Below, piece after piece: positions 24,368 to 41,139 of a DNA stretch of 64,000 bases (its first letter is position 1; each line of letters begins with the position of its first letter). The DNA is taken from NCBI GenBank assembly GCA_017499595.2, contig CM039008.1, forward strand, positions 806,001 through 870,000, read 5' to 3'. The position numbers and the translations under genes were made by a program. The stretch is from Psilocybe cubensis. Taxonomy: Eukaryota. Below the pieces are notes generated by a model. It ran no database searches and was not told the DNA's origin. It saw nothing but the letters and a program-made list of their open reading frames with translations.

Positions 24368-25921
24368 TTAAGGGAAAGAAACTTTGCCTTCTTTGGCAGC
24401 AATTTTCGCAACGAATATCTTGGTCTCAGCCATAATCACCAAGCGACCGTCCCCTGCGAAGATCATGTTCGCAGACGTCGTTTCAATGAAAAACTTGCCC
24501 AGTAAAGTGCCTTCAGGTGACCACACTTGAACGCCATCTCCACAGCCAGCATAGACATTTCCCGCTGCGTCGACCTGCACGCCGTCAGGGATGCCAGTAT
24601 CGGTGTAAGCAAATATGCGCCTGTTGAAGAAGGCCTGTGATTTGGGGTCGACATCGAAAGCGTAGCTGGTGAGAAACGCGTATTTAGCTTATCATAGAAT
24701 TCTGTCACTGTAAAAATGGCCTACATCGTGGCTGGGGCAGTTTGATTATTTCCTAAAAAGCCGGAGTTGGCACCAGTGTCGGTCCTGTGTTTGACATAAT
24801 TCGAGTTGAAGGTCAACAGCAGGTTTCATGCATTCAAGCATTGATCACTCACACGTAGGCTGTATTCCCGTCTGGTGTAAACGCGATACCATTGCACTTA
24901 TCGAAATCTGTGGCTACTACGCGAACTGATCGTTTGGCCATGTCAAGTCGGTAGACTTGATTGCGCATCAACGGTTCTGGGCGGAAATGATTGAGAAACC
25001 CATATCTGTAACGCAGATTAGAAATCGATACGTCATATATTTAGCAAGAAAACTTACGTAGGATCAGTAAAGAAGAGGTCTCCTGTGACTGGATGGATCT
25101 TTATGTCGTTCAAAGAGTTAAATTGCCTCCCAAAGAAGTTGTCCAACAGTACGGTTACGTTGTGGGGCGCTTTGGGGTTGACGAGTGCAATGGACGGTGG
25201 CAACGGGCCGCGTCCGGATGTGATTAAGACAATAGAAGATCCTAGGGGGCCCGTTCCACCGTTCGTCATCTGAATTGTGTCCGGAAGGTCAAGCTGACAT
25301 GAGAGAGAGAAACACATATGTCAACAGTTAATGTCGGATTGAAAGAAATTAACCAAGTGCGCAGCAACGTTCTCACCTCAGTAACCGAAACGTTTACGGC
25401 TGCACCACTCCCAGGCTTCAGGCCTTGCAAAGCCTTTTCGACAGCCTGCATACTGATTTTCCCCACTTTGTTGTTGTGGTTTATGTCGCTATTTCCGAGG
25501 GCACCACCATCATTGCTCGCGAAGAAAACCTCGTCTGTGTCTGGCACATAAACGGGCGCTTCATGTGCAAAGGCGAAATCAGGATTTGAAGCGACTTCAT
25601 GAATGGAAGGATTAGGTCCCAAAATGTCGAGGAACGCCTCATCAAAGATCTGGATAAAGGGGGGTTTCCCTGAGGTGGGATTGAAGAACTGTGTAAAGGA
25701 CGAATTTCTGAATGGACCATTTGGTCCCAAGACTGCGAACGATTTAGGATCAATAAACTGAATGGAAGTTAAATTAGAGGATAAAGCTTATCGAAAAGTG
25801 ATGAACGTACGACAGATTGAGGTGGTGAACCGGGAGGCACAGGTTGTGGTGGCTGTCCAAACGTCCATGTGAGATGTTGGAAAATAATGGTCAAGGCGAC
25901 TTTAAACCAGCGATTCTTCAT
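24368..25921 (-). CDS. Secreted SMP-30/gluconolactonase-family lactonohydrolase (6-bladed propeller)
   Basis: Signal-like start MKNRWFKVALTIIF, then FAFAHEAPVYVP, QMTNGGTG, LLDNFFGRQFNSLNDI, FFTDP, CNGIAFTPDG and GIPDGVQVDAAGNVYAGCGDGVQVW. Confidence 0.9.
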
Positions 25922-26604
25922 TGGAGAATATGTCAGTGCACTAAAAGCAGCGAAGGTAGATTGATTTTAGAATTTTTCACTTACTTATATACCTTCAGAG
26001 GTGTCATGAGATGCGATTTGTTCACGGCATAACTCGAAGGGTGAATTGTTTTTATCAAGAACCAATACTATCCTTCATCCTTCTAGATCACCGACACGTG
26101 AGTTATTCTCTGGTGAGCGCATGACGAAATAGTTGACAATGTCATCTTCCAAGAGTTGAGCACTTGAGTACAAATTCCCATGCCACGCTTGGAAAAGGAG
26201 GCTTCCACCCAAAGGCTGTCGACAATCGCGTCACTTGATGCTACAGCTGCATTTAAACTGAAAGTAATAGCATTTATGGCTATTCGCCCGCAAGCCGAAT
26301 ATTTCTGTCATAAGCCTCCACCAAGCAAGTAGCTCAATGTGTTATAATTACACACCAGTAGACTGACGGCGAGGTGCCGTTGCTGAGAGGTTGAAGCGAC
26401 TGAGTTGTAGTTGAGGTTGGAGTTGGTTCCAGCTACATGTTATAATTTCGTGTGATAATCATATCCTTATGAAAGAACAAGAGTGTTCTCAGATCTTGTG
26501 AGAGTGGCATGGAAAGTTTATTAAGGTGAACCTCGAGTTAAACTTGAACGTTGTTTGCACATCCATCATCTTGCCTTTGAGGCGTGGGGAAATCATTAGT
26601 CAAT

Positions 26605-27057
26605 CTAATTAGTCATCCCAACTTTATAAGTGTAATCCGGAGGGCGACCGTCGGGCTTTTTGATACACACCCTTGGGTCGTACAAGTTCAAGCTTGATAG
26701 TGCGCTCTTATCAACAGATCCGACAAGTTCGACTATCTTTTCATTTTTAAAGCGCCATTGATATTTATCACACTTGAACACGATCTTCAATCCGTCACCA
26801 GAATTCTCCGGAATCACTGAATCTGTAGGATCAAACAATCGTTTAAACCCCAAATTGATGGCCACGATGTACGGAACAACTGTACAAAGCTTCATGAAAA
26901 CGTTCTGGAAGTCCACTCAAACCCGAAGCAGCTTTTAACGAATTTATCCCGACCATCCTTTGGAGTCTGGCTGCTGTCGCCAGTTATTGACAATGTACAT
27001 ACTCCCTTGTTTGTACGCGTCGAATGACTGCAGCGTTTCCGACATGTATACAGGCAT
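26605..27057 (-). pseudogene. Possible small gene or degraded gene of unknown function
   Basis: Two protein-like ORF segments lie in the same frame (26944-27057 and 26605-26916), separated by three stop codons. A GTATGT donor is present, but the only in-frame acceptor I found is a weak GAG. Confidence 0.25.
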
Positions 27058-27517
27058 CGCCACGTTATGTTTAAACGATCCACTGATACCGCCGCCTCGT
27101 GGACAGTAATCTGCGCCCAATTTCAAACAACATCACATTTTTGTGTATGCAACATACAGACACACGTAGCACACAGGATCCCAGGGTATTGTTTCCGACT
27201 CCCGGAAGGAAAAAGGCGTGGCCTGCTGGCTTCTTTTATACCTTGTTCACCTCCAAAAGGAACTGCACCCTTCTATAAACGGAATCAGGGTCACCCCAAA
27301 GCTGAGCGATCCTGAAGAGAATCTGAGTCTTAAAAGGTTTTGAACTTTTCTTAAAGACCCACCATGTGTTCCAGGCAGCATCTTTTCGTGGGATTCGACA
27401 TCAAAGTTATCACTTTGTCCGCTTGGCGCACACTCATTCTGAACGCTTTCGAAGCTCGACACTCTTCGGCATTGCCCCACATACCCTGACCATTGAACAC
27501 AATCTACTGTTAGACAG

Positions 27518-29050
27518 ATGTACTCAACCTATAAAAGAGGATTTCCGCCAACGAATGGGATTAGATGGTTTAATGTTGCAATTTTAGTGTTCACACCAGC
27601 AATTGCAGCATACGGTCTCTGGAAAGTGGAGGTTAAGTGGCAGACCGCCTGCATTGCTTTGGCCTACTATGTTTTCTCAATGTTAGGTGAGAAGCACAGT
27701 TCTTCTTTACTAATAAAACTCGCGTGGCTTGACAGCGTATCTCCCAGGCATCACTGCAGGTTAGTCTCTACATCCTTTTATTATTTTGCTTTATCGAGGA
27801 AGATATAACAGGCTATCATCGATTGTGGTCTCATCGTTCCTACAACGCGAGCTTTCCTCTTCAATTATTTTTACTGGCTGGTGGGACCAGTGCAGTGCAA
27901 GGGTCCTGTTACTGGTGGGCAAGAGCACATCGATCTCATCATCGACATACAGACACAGATCTCGACCCATACAATGCTAATCGAGGTCTGCTATGGACCC
28001 ACATTGGATGGATGGTGTTCAAATCTACTCTCCGCACAGGGCCTTCGGATATTTCGGACTTAAGGCAAGACCCCCTAATACAGTGGCAGCACCGTCATTA
28101 CTTCCCATTGCTTGTCATTTTTGGCTACCTGTTACCAGCGGCTATCCCGGGCCTTCTTTTGGGCGACTGGCTAGGTGGGATTTGTTTCTCGGGGGCATTA
28201 CGCCTGACCATTGCGCACCATGTCAGTTCTAACTTTAGTTCTTCAAGTCCTTACACTGATGTATATGTACATGCGTATAGAGCACATTCTGCATCAATTC
28301 CATCGCCCACTGGCTTGGATCATCGCCTTATGATGATGTATTGTCCCCACGCGACCACTTGTTGTCCGCCATTTTGACAATGGGAGAAGGCTACCATAAC
28401 TTTCATCACCATTTCCCGATGGATTACCGAAACGCGTTTTTCTGGTATCAGTACGACCCCACAAAGTGGTTCATAGCGTTCTGTGGAAAGGTCGGATTAG
28501 CAAGCCACTTACGTGTCTTCCCAAGCAACGAGATAGCTAAAAGCCAATTGGCTATGAAGCTAAAAGAACTCAAACGTACTCAAGATTCTCTCAAGTGGCC
28601 CACCCCAAACGAAGAGTTACCAGTGGTGTCCTGGGATACATGTCTGTTATTTATTCGCTTATATGTACCCGCTTTCAGTTTATTACTGACACAAATTCAA
28701 GTCCAGGAAGAAGCTCAATCGAGGCCTTTGATTCTCGTTGCTGGTTATATTCATGACGTTTCTCGCTTTATTGATCAGCATCCGGGTGGGAGACATCACC
28801 TCGAAAACAACTCTGGAAAAGAGATGACTGCCTCGTTTTATGGAGGAATCTATAGGCACTCTCGTGCAGCCCATAATGTACGTCATTCTGCTCAAGATTA
28901 TGTTCAATTTTGCTGCCGTCGACTTACTGAGTGATATAACTTCAGCTTTTAGCAATGATGAGAGTAGGAATTCTAGACTGTGGTGTCGAAACACCTAAAA
29001 TCCCTGTAGCTATAACACGCCGGCTAAACATATCTGAGCAAGATATTTAA
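27518..29050 (+). CDS. Delta-9 acyl-CoA fatty acid desaturase with C-terminal cytochrome b5 domain (Ole1-like)
   Basis: His boxes GYHRLWSH, HRSHHRHTDTD and GEGYHNFHH, plus YQYDPTKW and the b5 motif FIDQHPGG. A 12-nt micro-exon at 27748-27759 contributes GITAG. Confidence 0.93.
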
Positions 29051-29137
29051 AAAATTTACCTGACATATCTTAAATTCTGATGAATGATGTAAGCCTCAAG
29101 TTTTAGATAAAGAAGCTTTGTAAATTCCTGATTACGT

Positions 29138-31764
29138 CTAATACGCTACAACATGAGCATGTCCTTCAAGACTGGAACGTCTTTCAGTAGTTTCAAGCGG
29201 CGCCATGAGCGCGGCGCTTGTCCAGCCGCGATTGTAGTCCTCGACATGTACAGCAGGCCCGTAACACCAATGAGGATGACCTATCAAGGGTAAAGTAATC
29301 CAATTAGACCTATATCCGTAAATTAGATGCGTCACAACACTCACACCAGCGACGGCAGAAGGGATTGCCCAAATGTGGTTTGGGGTCAACATGGCCGCTT
29401 GTAAGAGATCGGACGCGAGGGCACCAATGCTACTGATAGTCAGGACAAGACCGATACGGGTGCTAAAGCAACATCAGTCAAAAAGACCAAAAGATTCAAA
29501 GTTTCCATGCATACCCAATTTCACTGTTTCTAGAAGCCAGAGACGCCAAAGCAGTCGCCATGAGCGATAACCCTATTCGACGGAGATTAATGACAATATT
29601 TATTATATCACATAAATAACGCACATGCACCGGCAAAAATGCCATAGAAGAAAGCGTAGGCACAAAGCGATTTAGGCCCTTGACTAAGAAAAAGGAAAAG
29701 GCATTTAACATCTTAGCGATAATGGTAATGGATTGATCGATTGCTCACATCGTGCATGTAGTGAACATCATAATTGACAAAAATCCAGAGATGGGCAATA
29801 GAAGGTTCCACGGGCCAACAAAATCGGAGGCAAATCCGAAAGCGACGCCTCCCAATACCCCGGAAAGGCTGAAAACGATGATCTAGGTCCAGGTGTGTAA
29901 GCAAAGATCGGCAGTCATAAAAGGAAATACATTTACCATATTGAATGCGAAATCAGGTTTGACGCCCTTCTCCAAGCCCAAGAGCTCTAGATACATAGCA
30001 GGATAATATATGATGAGCATTGTGAGGAACGTTCTGTTGAATTTGCATTGTGCGTCAACGAAAAGAGTGCAAGCCAAGAAACATCTGACGTACGCCCCGG
30101 CAGCGAAGATGTATTCCATCTCCTTGGAATATTTAGCCAAATCGAGATGCGGAAGTGGGAAGATAGGTTTCTCTTCCTTGGGAGGAGTGCGCAAAAGTCC
30201 GTTGCCTACGATGAGGAGCCCGAGTACGACGAAGGCAGTGATACGAACCGCACCGCCCAATGCAAAATGGGGAATAAGGCGCCTACAATGTATTTTAGCT
30301 CGGAAAATGTTGGGATCAACAAGTCTGATACCTTAGAACTAATAAAGCTCAGTAAGAAATGGGAACAATAGATTTAATCAGAAACGAAGCTCACCTGGTG
30401 GAAAGACCATCCCACCCAAAGATCCACCACCCATGACAATACCAGCTACCAATCCCCTACTGCGCTTGAAATAATTGAGAGGGATTGCAATAGTTGGCAC
30501 GAGTACGAGGCCCATTCCCATTCCCATCACCAAGGATTGGCAGACAAAAATCTTCAGCACGTCATCAGAATGAATCAGCAGTTGTTTAGTTAGCTGACTG
30601 ACCAATCCAAATTGCTCTTCTCCAACGAAAGATAGCAGCATTAGACTAGTACATTTCGATGGGCGGTCAACATATGCTTTATTGAATAAGCTTTACTCAC
30701 CCGACTATGAAAAGAAAGGAACCTCCATGGATGGCGAAGCGGAAATATCCGATGTCTGCAAGTTTGCCCGAAACGATAGAGAGGAATAAAGCGAAAAAGA
30801 ACTGAACGCTTGCAATAAACCTGTTGGTTGGTTGTAGTGAAATTCGAGTCAAATTGATTAGATTACCACTGACCTGACTGCAATGGAATTTTGATCTACC
30901 AGCACGACGTGTGTATATTGCTCTAATTCAAGGCCACATTCAAATTGTGAACGTCATTGTAACAGGAATACACACCTTCAAATACGTTCCATGTAAACAT
31001 GTACCTTAAACTCTGATCAGTAGAGCAAAATTGTCACAACTGGTACAACCTACCCAATTGTGCTGAATTGAATCAAAAATCTGCACATGAAAGAAAATTC
31101 AATCAGCTACATATGTATGCGTTTCTAAAATCAAAACTCACGCTCCAGCCACCGTCATCCATCCATATAGCCCGCCCTCGGGAGCATGTTTCTTGTAAAG
31201 CGGAGGGGGGTCTCGTGTGTATTCATCTTGAAGTTCCGGAATGTACTCTTGGTGAAATTCATGTTCAATGTGTGCTGAAAATTTGGCGCTCTTCGGGGTA
31301 TATCCCCACTCTTCGTCACTGGCAAATTTATGGGATTTAGGCGTAACAGGAGGAATTACAGAAACTTCTGGTGTGGGTTCAGACCACGGTGGCCGAAGCT
31401 GGGCCAGCCAGCTACTCATAAGGTAAGAAACAGATCATTTTGATAACAAATGGAGGACTCACGATCGGCCGTTATCAACCAGATTCTTTGCATTGAACTT
31501 GAACTTCTTCCTGGACGGGGCGACAACACTGCGAGGCAATTCACGCGGAGGCAGACCTGGGAGCGTAAGAATAGGGGCAGGTCTGTCGGGTTGAATATGT
31601 GCAGTCTGTGGTCTAGGAGGCAAAGTTGGGCTACTGGGTTGATAGATCCGTGCGACTCGATGTTCTCGTTTCAACGATGGCTTGGGCGAAATAGGACGAG
31701 GAAAGGAGTCAATGTGAGCTTCTGTTGTAGGAGTTCGAGGTCTGACGGGGAAGGTCGTGAACAT
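29138..31764 (-). CDS. MFS transporter, monocarboxylate permease (MCH/MCT-like) family, with long Pro-rich N-terminal tail
   Basis: APEGGLYGWMTVAGA, SGKLADIGYF, QSLVMGMGMGLVLVP...YFKRSRGLVAGIVMGGGSLGGMVFP. Many small hydrophobic exons. The start codon is uncertain. Confidence 0.85.
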
Positions 31765-32965
31765 GTTTCTTGATTGCCACCAGGGCTATAGTTTGGAGGC
31801 CACCAGGGCTTTCTCAGCAACGTACAACGTTGAGGAGAATAACGCTTGACCCGGCGAATGCATATCTTTCGCGCTGCGCTGTTTTCCGACAATGGCTGTG
31901 CTCTCGACCGCCCGCCTCAAACCACCGCGCCGGACTCTTAGGACATTATTGATCGGATTATATTAGCTGTTGTTACGACAACACCGGAACAGCCACTGTC
32001 TTCTCTCCTTGAGCGCTAAAGCTTTCCTCTGCCAGCTCTCTGTGAGCGAACATACAGTAAATACTATTTAAATTTCCGAATATCAGATTGTATGTTTTTC
32101 ATTTCTCTCGGAGTTTGCTCGGGGTCGAGTCGGACTGTCGGAGTTCTTGAGTCCCAACGTGAGAGCTTAACCAAGGGAGTCACTGGACTGAACTGTACTC
32201 TCTGGAGTATCGTATACTTTCTTCGACATTCATAGTATTCTATTTCATTGTCTGCGGAGGCGATCTCTGATTCTCGGAGTTGTAGTTGCAGTTAAAGCCG
32301 ATGGCCGGCGTGAGACAACTTGTACTGCTATTTCTTCCAGTTGTTGTCCTTGTATTTCCGAGTCCGAGAAATGAATATCAGCCTGAGGTATGTTACTGCA
32401 TGGTCGATTGAAATCAGCTATTTATGAACTTGTACTACTCTCATGTAATCTTATCTCACGTTGAACATATGAAACTCTTCACAGGTCATAAATCGCTGCT
32501 CCTAACTTCGGGAGAAGTTATCTTGACTTGAAGTCCTGTCAAACGTTACTGTGTAACACAACCCTCCGTCAGCAGCTGCCTGGCATATATTCGTAAAATT
32601 ACATTGACAAATGAAGGCTAATAAACATTCTCGTTCTCGTAATGTGCCTAAAGAGTATGCTCATTCCAGCTGCGAATCAACCCTATACTGGAAACCTTCA
32701 ACTCACTTTACTCATCGCATTCTAGATGTACTGGTTGGCTAATAATAAATTGCCGAGAGAGGTTCCGACATGAGAGTTGATTTTGTTGAGGTTTGATATT
32801 CATCATCAGTGATATGTGAGCTGTGAACATGTGCTATTTAGAGTACACTGGCGTGTACATGTTGAATGGGATCGGGTCTTTCTTTGAGATATAAAGCGGG
32901 CCCGACAACTTCAAATATTGTAAACTACACCATACCTGCTGCACAAGAATTTAAAGGTGTAAAAC

Positions 32966-35615
<2,650 letters not shown>

Positions 35616-35854
35616 TGGACGGAATTTTTGGAGATAAGAAGCCGAATTGGTTTCCTGGCAAATATTTTGATAGAGTCTGAGAAGAATATCTACTTCTTTT
35701 CTTGGTCACAAATACATTTTGAATACGGACAAACCAAAATTAGCGCCCATCGGAGCGCCCATTGTTAGCCGGTTTGCTGCCACCCTTGATAGCATCTGTA
35801 ACTGCGTAGGAACCCTCCACCTTCTATTCGGCAAACTCCGACATCATTTCTTTT

Positions 35855-37833
35855 CTAAAGTTCAAAAATCTGTTCAATGTTAGTAACCTGCGCCGTTGGA
35901 TAGTAGTGATTCACACCACTTACATATACTTTCTTTCCGCTCTTGACCTCCTGTACGCGTTGTTCAAGTAAAGACGCTGCGAGTTCTTTCCAATCTGTTT
36001 CCATCAAGCGTTTCAGTCGTTCCCTAACGGCGAGCTCTGTCATGTGTTGAGGGATAAATCTATGGATATTGGCGTCAATGCCAGGATTGAGGAAGCTGAT
36101 TCGAAACATGCCTTGGTATTTCTGTTGCAGAAGCCGTTGCTATGGTTTTTAGGAAGGAGTCCCAGTTACGAGCGTGTACGTGATAAACATAACTAACCAG
36201 TTCAACTAACGATAAATAAAATTCCAGTATACTTCGGACCGCTAAACGAACTCACGGTGGCTCGAATTGGTTCAGAGATGGATGTTGTGTGTGCCAGTGT
36301 GACTTATTCCATGGTTCATCTTTTTTCCAGTTGATAATCTGTGATAATGTCATGCTGAAATGAGACTAGACGGAGACAGTTGAAAAATTTTGCATATACC
36401 GACAGGGTTAATGAAAGGGACACCCTGACACAAAGCATTATACGGTGATGGGCTCCAGAATGGATTTCCAACCCCCACCATAGCTTTACTTAACCCGACA
36501 TGGGCCATAAAGTCGTCCATGCTCAATGGACCGAAATTGATAACGCCGTGCCCAGGATCCGCTATATCAGGCATGTCTCCTTGTGTTTTAGGATCCCATC
36601 CCAGATAATGTTGATCGAGCATCCAGCCACCTACAAAGTTCATCTCCAGCTCCTGGGCCGCCATGCTGAAATACGAACGGTTCCAAGTAAATCTGTCGTC
36701 GTAAACGTACTTTATCTGCTTCATGAGCATCCACACTTGGTTTGAACGATGATAAAGCCGGACGACGGGAATTTTCTGGCAATCTTCCTCGATGGAATAC
36801 CTGCATCGGTATAAAGATTTAAATATGTTTTGACATGCATCGAAGAAGGGAAACATTTATACCCTATATATTGAAGAGGGCTGTCTTCCTCCGCGATGAA
36901 ACGGGGATCTGGATTGGCGGACAAAATCCATTTCCCTCCCAATGGCGTGGCATAAGGGTGTCCCCCTACAGATGGAAAAAATTCGAAATCAAATATTTTC
37001 CAGGCCGGTATTCCTCGAGGATTCATGGGACCTTTTACACAATGTGGGTTCTCGTGGCATTCCCCTGCTCGGTTTCGTATGACAACCTATTAACGCAAAG
37101 CCAGATGTGATGCTTAGCGTCAATATCCGAGACGGATCACTCACTTTGACCAGATCAGGGAACAGGCGGTATTGCTCCAACGCCTCCTCTGAGGGAAAAT
37201 AACTGTTAGTATATATCCACGGCTATTTGGGGAATGATTGTACCGAAGCTGTTCGCGAAGAGTGTTGTATACCCCATTAATCTAAGGTTCTTATACTGTC
37301 GTACTCTTTAGAATGCGAAGCCGGGCGTCAATCGATAAAAATACACAAACTCACAATGGACATCCCCCTGAACATGATAGTTGTGAGTAATATAGTACTC
37401 TGCCCTACAATTGCGAAACGTAGGCTTACCAGATACCCTCTCCGCCTCTCCACCCTCGCACAACAGCCTCCTCAAACCAATGTGAAGCCAGAAGGGCGAT
37501 CTTTTGCTGATTCTTCCCACAATTCTTCATTGAAATGCATGAGTAGAGATCTCTCAACGTTCTCGCGTTCCAATCGTGATAATCTTTGCTTTCAACAGTC
37601 TCCGCAGAAGAAAATATGTCGTCGACGTGCGGTGGAGCTGGGGTATATTGTTCAGCGTGGAGATTTGAAATGGAGGATGGTTGGTGGTCGACGTGAATGT
37701 TAGCTATGGATGGCGACGACAATGTACTGTTCATGACCCCTCTCAAACTGAGCAAGATTACAAAAACGGATGCTACGATGCCTGACGCAAGAAATATCTT
37801 GGTCCTTGGAACATTTTGTCTACTGAAAGGCAT
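35855..37833 (-). CDS. Type II membrane glycosyltransferase, GT18-like (MGAT5/GnT-V catalytic-domain-like)
   Basis: N-terminal anchor IFLASGIVASVFVILLSL, GGEGIW, and SKAMVGVGNPFWSPSPYNALCQGVPFINP, which resembles the GT18 motif GxGxP..P.P.A...G..FLNP; also TQHPSL. Confidence 0.7.
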
Positions 37834-38618
37834 CGATGTTTGATATCAGAACCACTGAATAAACTCGTTAGCGGGTGATAAGTGTGTCAATGGAAAACCT
37901 CGATGAACCACTCACGACGATTGGGCTATGTGTTGGCATCCTGGGGTTTCGCTTCGAGAAATGAGCAATCCTTGTAGTGAAGAATATGAATGCTGACCAT
38001 CATATGCTGTTGTGCATTCAAGAAATCCTATAGGATCTCGTTGTGGGAGCTCCACATTCATGAATGTTTAAACATTTGAACATTCAAGATGCTCTTTCTC
38101 GCATTAATCATGCTCCCAAAGCCTAACAGGGGCAGAGTGAAGGCGGTAATGTAAGCTAGCAAACCGATTTTACAAATTATAATCTAACTACAAATTTTTA
38201 AAGGAGCGTTGCAACGTTTGAAAAAATGGATGGCAAGGTAGAAGCAGGATCGTTATGACAGCGCTAGGCAAAAATCGAAGAGAGTCAGAATTGCAGCTGT
38301 AGGCAACTCGAACAACTGTGACCAAGAAAAGAAAGGTCAACGGATGTCGGTCTATCTTGACGAACATCGTAAATCGTAATGAAAGCAAAAAACAGGAAAA
38401 GGTCCGAAATAGAAAATATCCATTCAAAGTCTGTTTCAACAAATATGAATATGAATATAAATGGAATTCCGTTTGATTGAGTGGGAGCATGATTTGGTCC
38501 AATGATGTCTTTGAAGTCGAAGTTCAAGTCCAAGAAGGGAACGTCGTGGTTCAGTCGTGAGTAAGTGTAAGTCCAAATGTCCGCCCGGCGAGAACATGGT
38601 GGATGATGCGTTCCAAGA

Positions 38619-41139
38619 TTAATATCTCAAACCACTCGGAGGCGGTGTCTCGTGCTGCATAGGGGTCGTCGCATAGGGGTCGTAGTTTATACTCATGCCT
38701 GTCCCGCTCGGTCTGCTGGGTTCGTAGGCATCGTGATCGTCCCTATACGGCGCGTTTAAGCTCGTTGTACTCGCGTTCCATGCCTGGCTGCGATTGTCTT
38801 GCTGTAGAGGCATGAATGCACTTGAATCCGAACTTCGCATCCCTGCACGCGTTCCCATCACAGGAGCACCGCTGCCAGTTAATGACATGCCTTCCGCAGA
38901 GGTCATAGGGTATGAGGACGCTGGCGGAACTGCACCTGTTCCATGACGCGCTGCGGCACGGCGACGGCGGGCAAGGCAGACACCAATGACAGCACCAACG
39001 ACACCGACGAGCGCAACTCCTCCCACTACACACCCGATGATGACGCCCAGGTTAGAACTCGATGATTTCTCAGGATCTGAGGACCCTCCTGGGGTGGTGG
39101 AGGTACCAGATGCAGATCCAGAGGCAGATGCAAGGCGCACGTTGGGAGGGAGCACACTGGCAGCGGCGACTGGCTGAGTGCCAATCTTTCCATTACCGAC
39201 AATAAGATAAGAACCATTGCTAGGGATGCCGTTGATGTTAACAAACATGAAGGCCGGCCCAGGCTGGAAGAGGTTGGGATTTGGGGGAACCTGTGCCACA
39301 TGGAGTATGATGGAGCCATCGCTCTTGACAGTGTATGTGTTATTAAGCTGGAGGAGACGCTGACCCATGTTCATGGCGTGTGTAGTGAAACCTCCTCTGT
39401 GGATGACAACAGAAGCGGAATCTGCGGCATCATTGGCGGAGCCAGAGTATGAGGTGGCAGGTATGGTGATATCGAACGAAGGCCCGCCATATGAAAGCGT
39501 CTTGGGTATACCAACAGGCGCCGGGCGGGTCGCCGCTGAGAAGTATGGAGGGTAGAAAACTTCTGCCTTGTATGTCGTAGGGAACACAGTGGTCAAATTC
39601 ACGTCAACGTTGGGATTGGATCCGGCGATCAATACAGATGCATCTGGAAGCAAGATGGCTGAGGAGTGATATAGGCGAGGAATAGTCGATACTCCAAGTC
39701 CTTTGTTTGACCATCGACTTCCTTTCGGCGCGTTTGGGTCATAGATAGCAGGAGTAAGGACAGGCCCAGATGCCAATGATTCTCCGTAGGGCATGAGATC
39801 GTACGAAGGTGTCACAAGAGTTGCCTGAGAGTATCCCGCCGTACCATTGAGGCCTCCATTGACAATCAATAACTTTCCGGTAGGCAGTATGACAAATTGG
39901 CCCATGGTCCGTCCTTCCAGCATGTCGTCGTCTTTCACGTAAACTGGAGCAGACTGGTCCACGGGTTCAGCAGTCAAGCGTTGACAATCCTTTGAAGCTG
40001 GATACTCCCAAGTGTTGATATAAGGGTAAGTGTAGTTGCCCCAAGCATAGTCTGGCATGTCACTTCCACCACAGAATAATACTGTAGGTGTATAATTGTT
40101 GGCCGGGGTAAGAGGAAGCATTGCTGTGGCACCCGACGCGGGATAGACGCGAACGACACCGCCGGGCATGTCTGGGAGTGGTGTTTCTGTGTTGGTGACA
40201 TGATCCCATAGCACTAAAACGAATTGTCAATTTAGATCGCTATGAATACTAAACAACAAACCTGTGGAAACATTGGCCTGTACAAGCATCTTGCCTGAGG
40301 GCATAAGGAAAGTATGGGCGTACGCGTTGAGGCCAGACGTTTGAATCAGGAACCGGAACGTTCGAGGCGCATCCGCGACCGGTGGGTAATATTCGTACGT
40401 GCTGTCGGCAGCTCCTCCTTGCCTTTCTGGATCGACGTTGGGGTAATTACGATTTATGTATCCACCGTTGACAAATCCGCCGATAATGACAATGTTTCCC
40501 TCACCAGTGGGTTCTGCAGCAGAGTACCACCGACTGTTTTTCATTGAGAGCACAGTGGGATCGTCGAACCACTGGCAATTTGGGGAGGAAAAGGTGTCCG
40601 AGCTTCTGCACGGATTCAAAACGCGAATGGCCCTTGTCCCGTCAAAATCTTGGTATGTGGAATCCCATGCAGCAGAGTATCCTCCTGGGTTGAGTTGTGA
40701 ACCAAGGTTTCCCCCTGGTCCAACGGCTCCGTTTCCGCCAAACGTCACAAACGAGCCATTAGGCAAATGCATGCCGGATGAGCAGAATACGTTCGTCCTC
40801 ACGTCCATAACTTCTGTTTCATGGGTTTGAATGTCCCTACAAGGTTCGCTGAGCGTTTTGGACGGATATTAAAAAATTTCGACGCGCACCATACAGATCC
40901 CCACGCCGGATGACCCATTACTTGTGCTGCATTTCCTTCTGCTTTGTCGAGGATATACACCTTTTCTTCGTTCCCAAGGAACATCTGGAACCAACTCAGC
41001 GTGCATCAGGCAGACAAACGGATGAACATACCATCATTGCGCTAACTAGCGTATCTCCTCCATCTGAAAAGGACCCGGCAATAGATGCTCCATGAGCCAA
41101 CGGGGCTGCAAGAGCCAATAAAGAGAGTGGACGTAGCAT
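38619..41139 (-). CDS. Copper radical oxidase (CAZy AA5_1, glyoxal oxidase family, cro2-like) with C-terminal transmembrane helix
   Basis: Signal MLRPLSLLALAAPLAHG. Cu-radical residues: NVFCSSG (Cys), RWYS (Tyr), RLYHSS (Tyr/His), FTTHAMNMGQR (His). A TM segment LGVIIGCVVGGVALVGVVGAVIGVCL-ARRRR is followed by a cytosolic tail. Confidence 0.93.
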
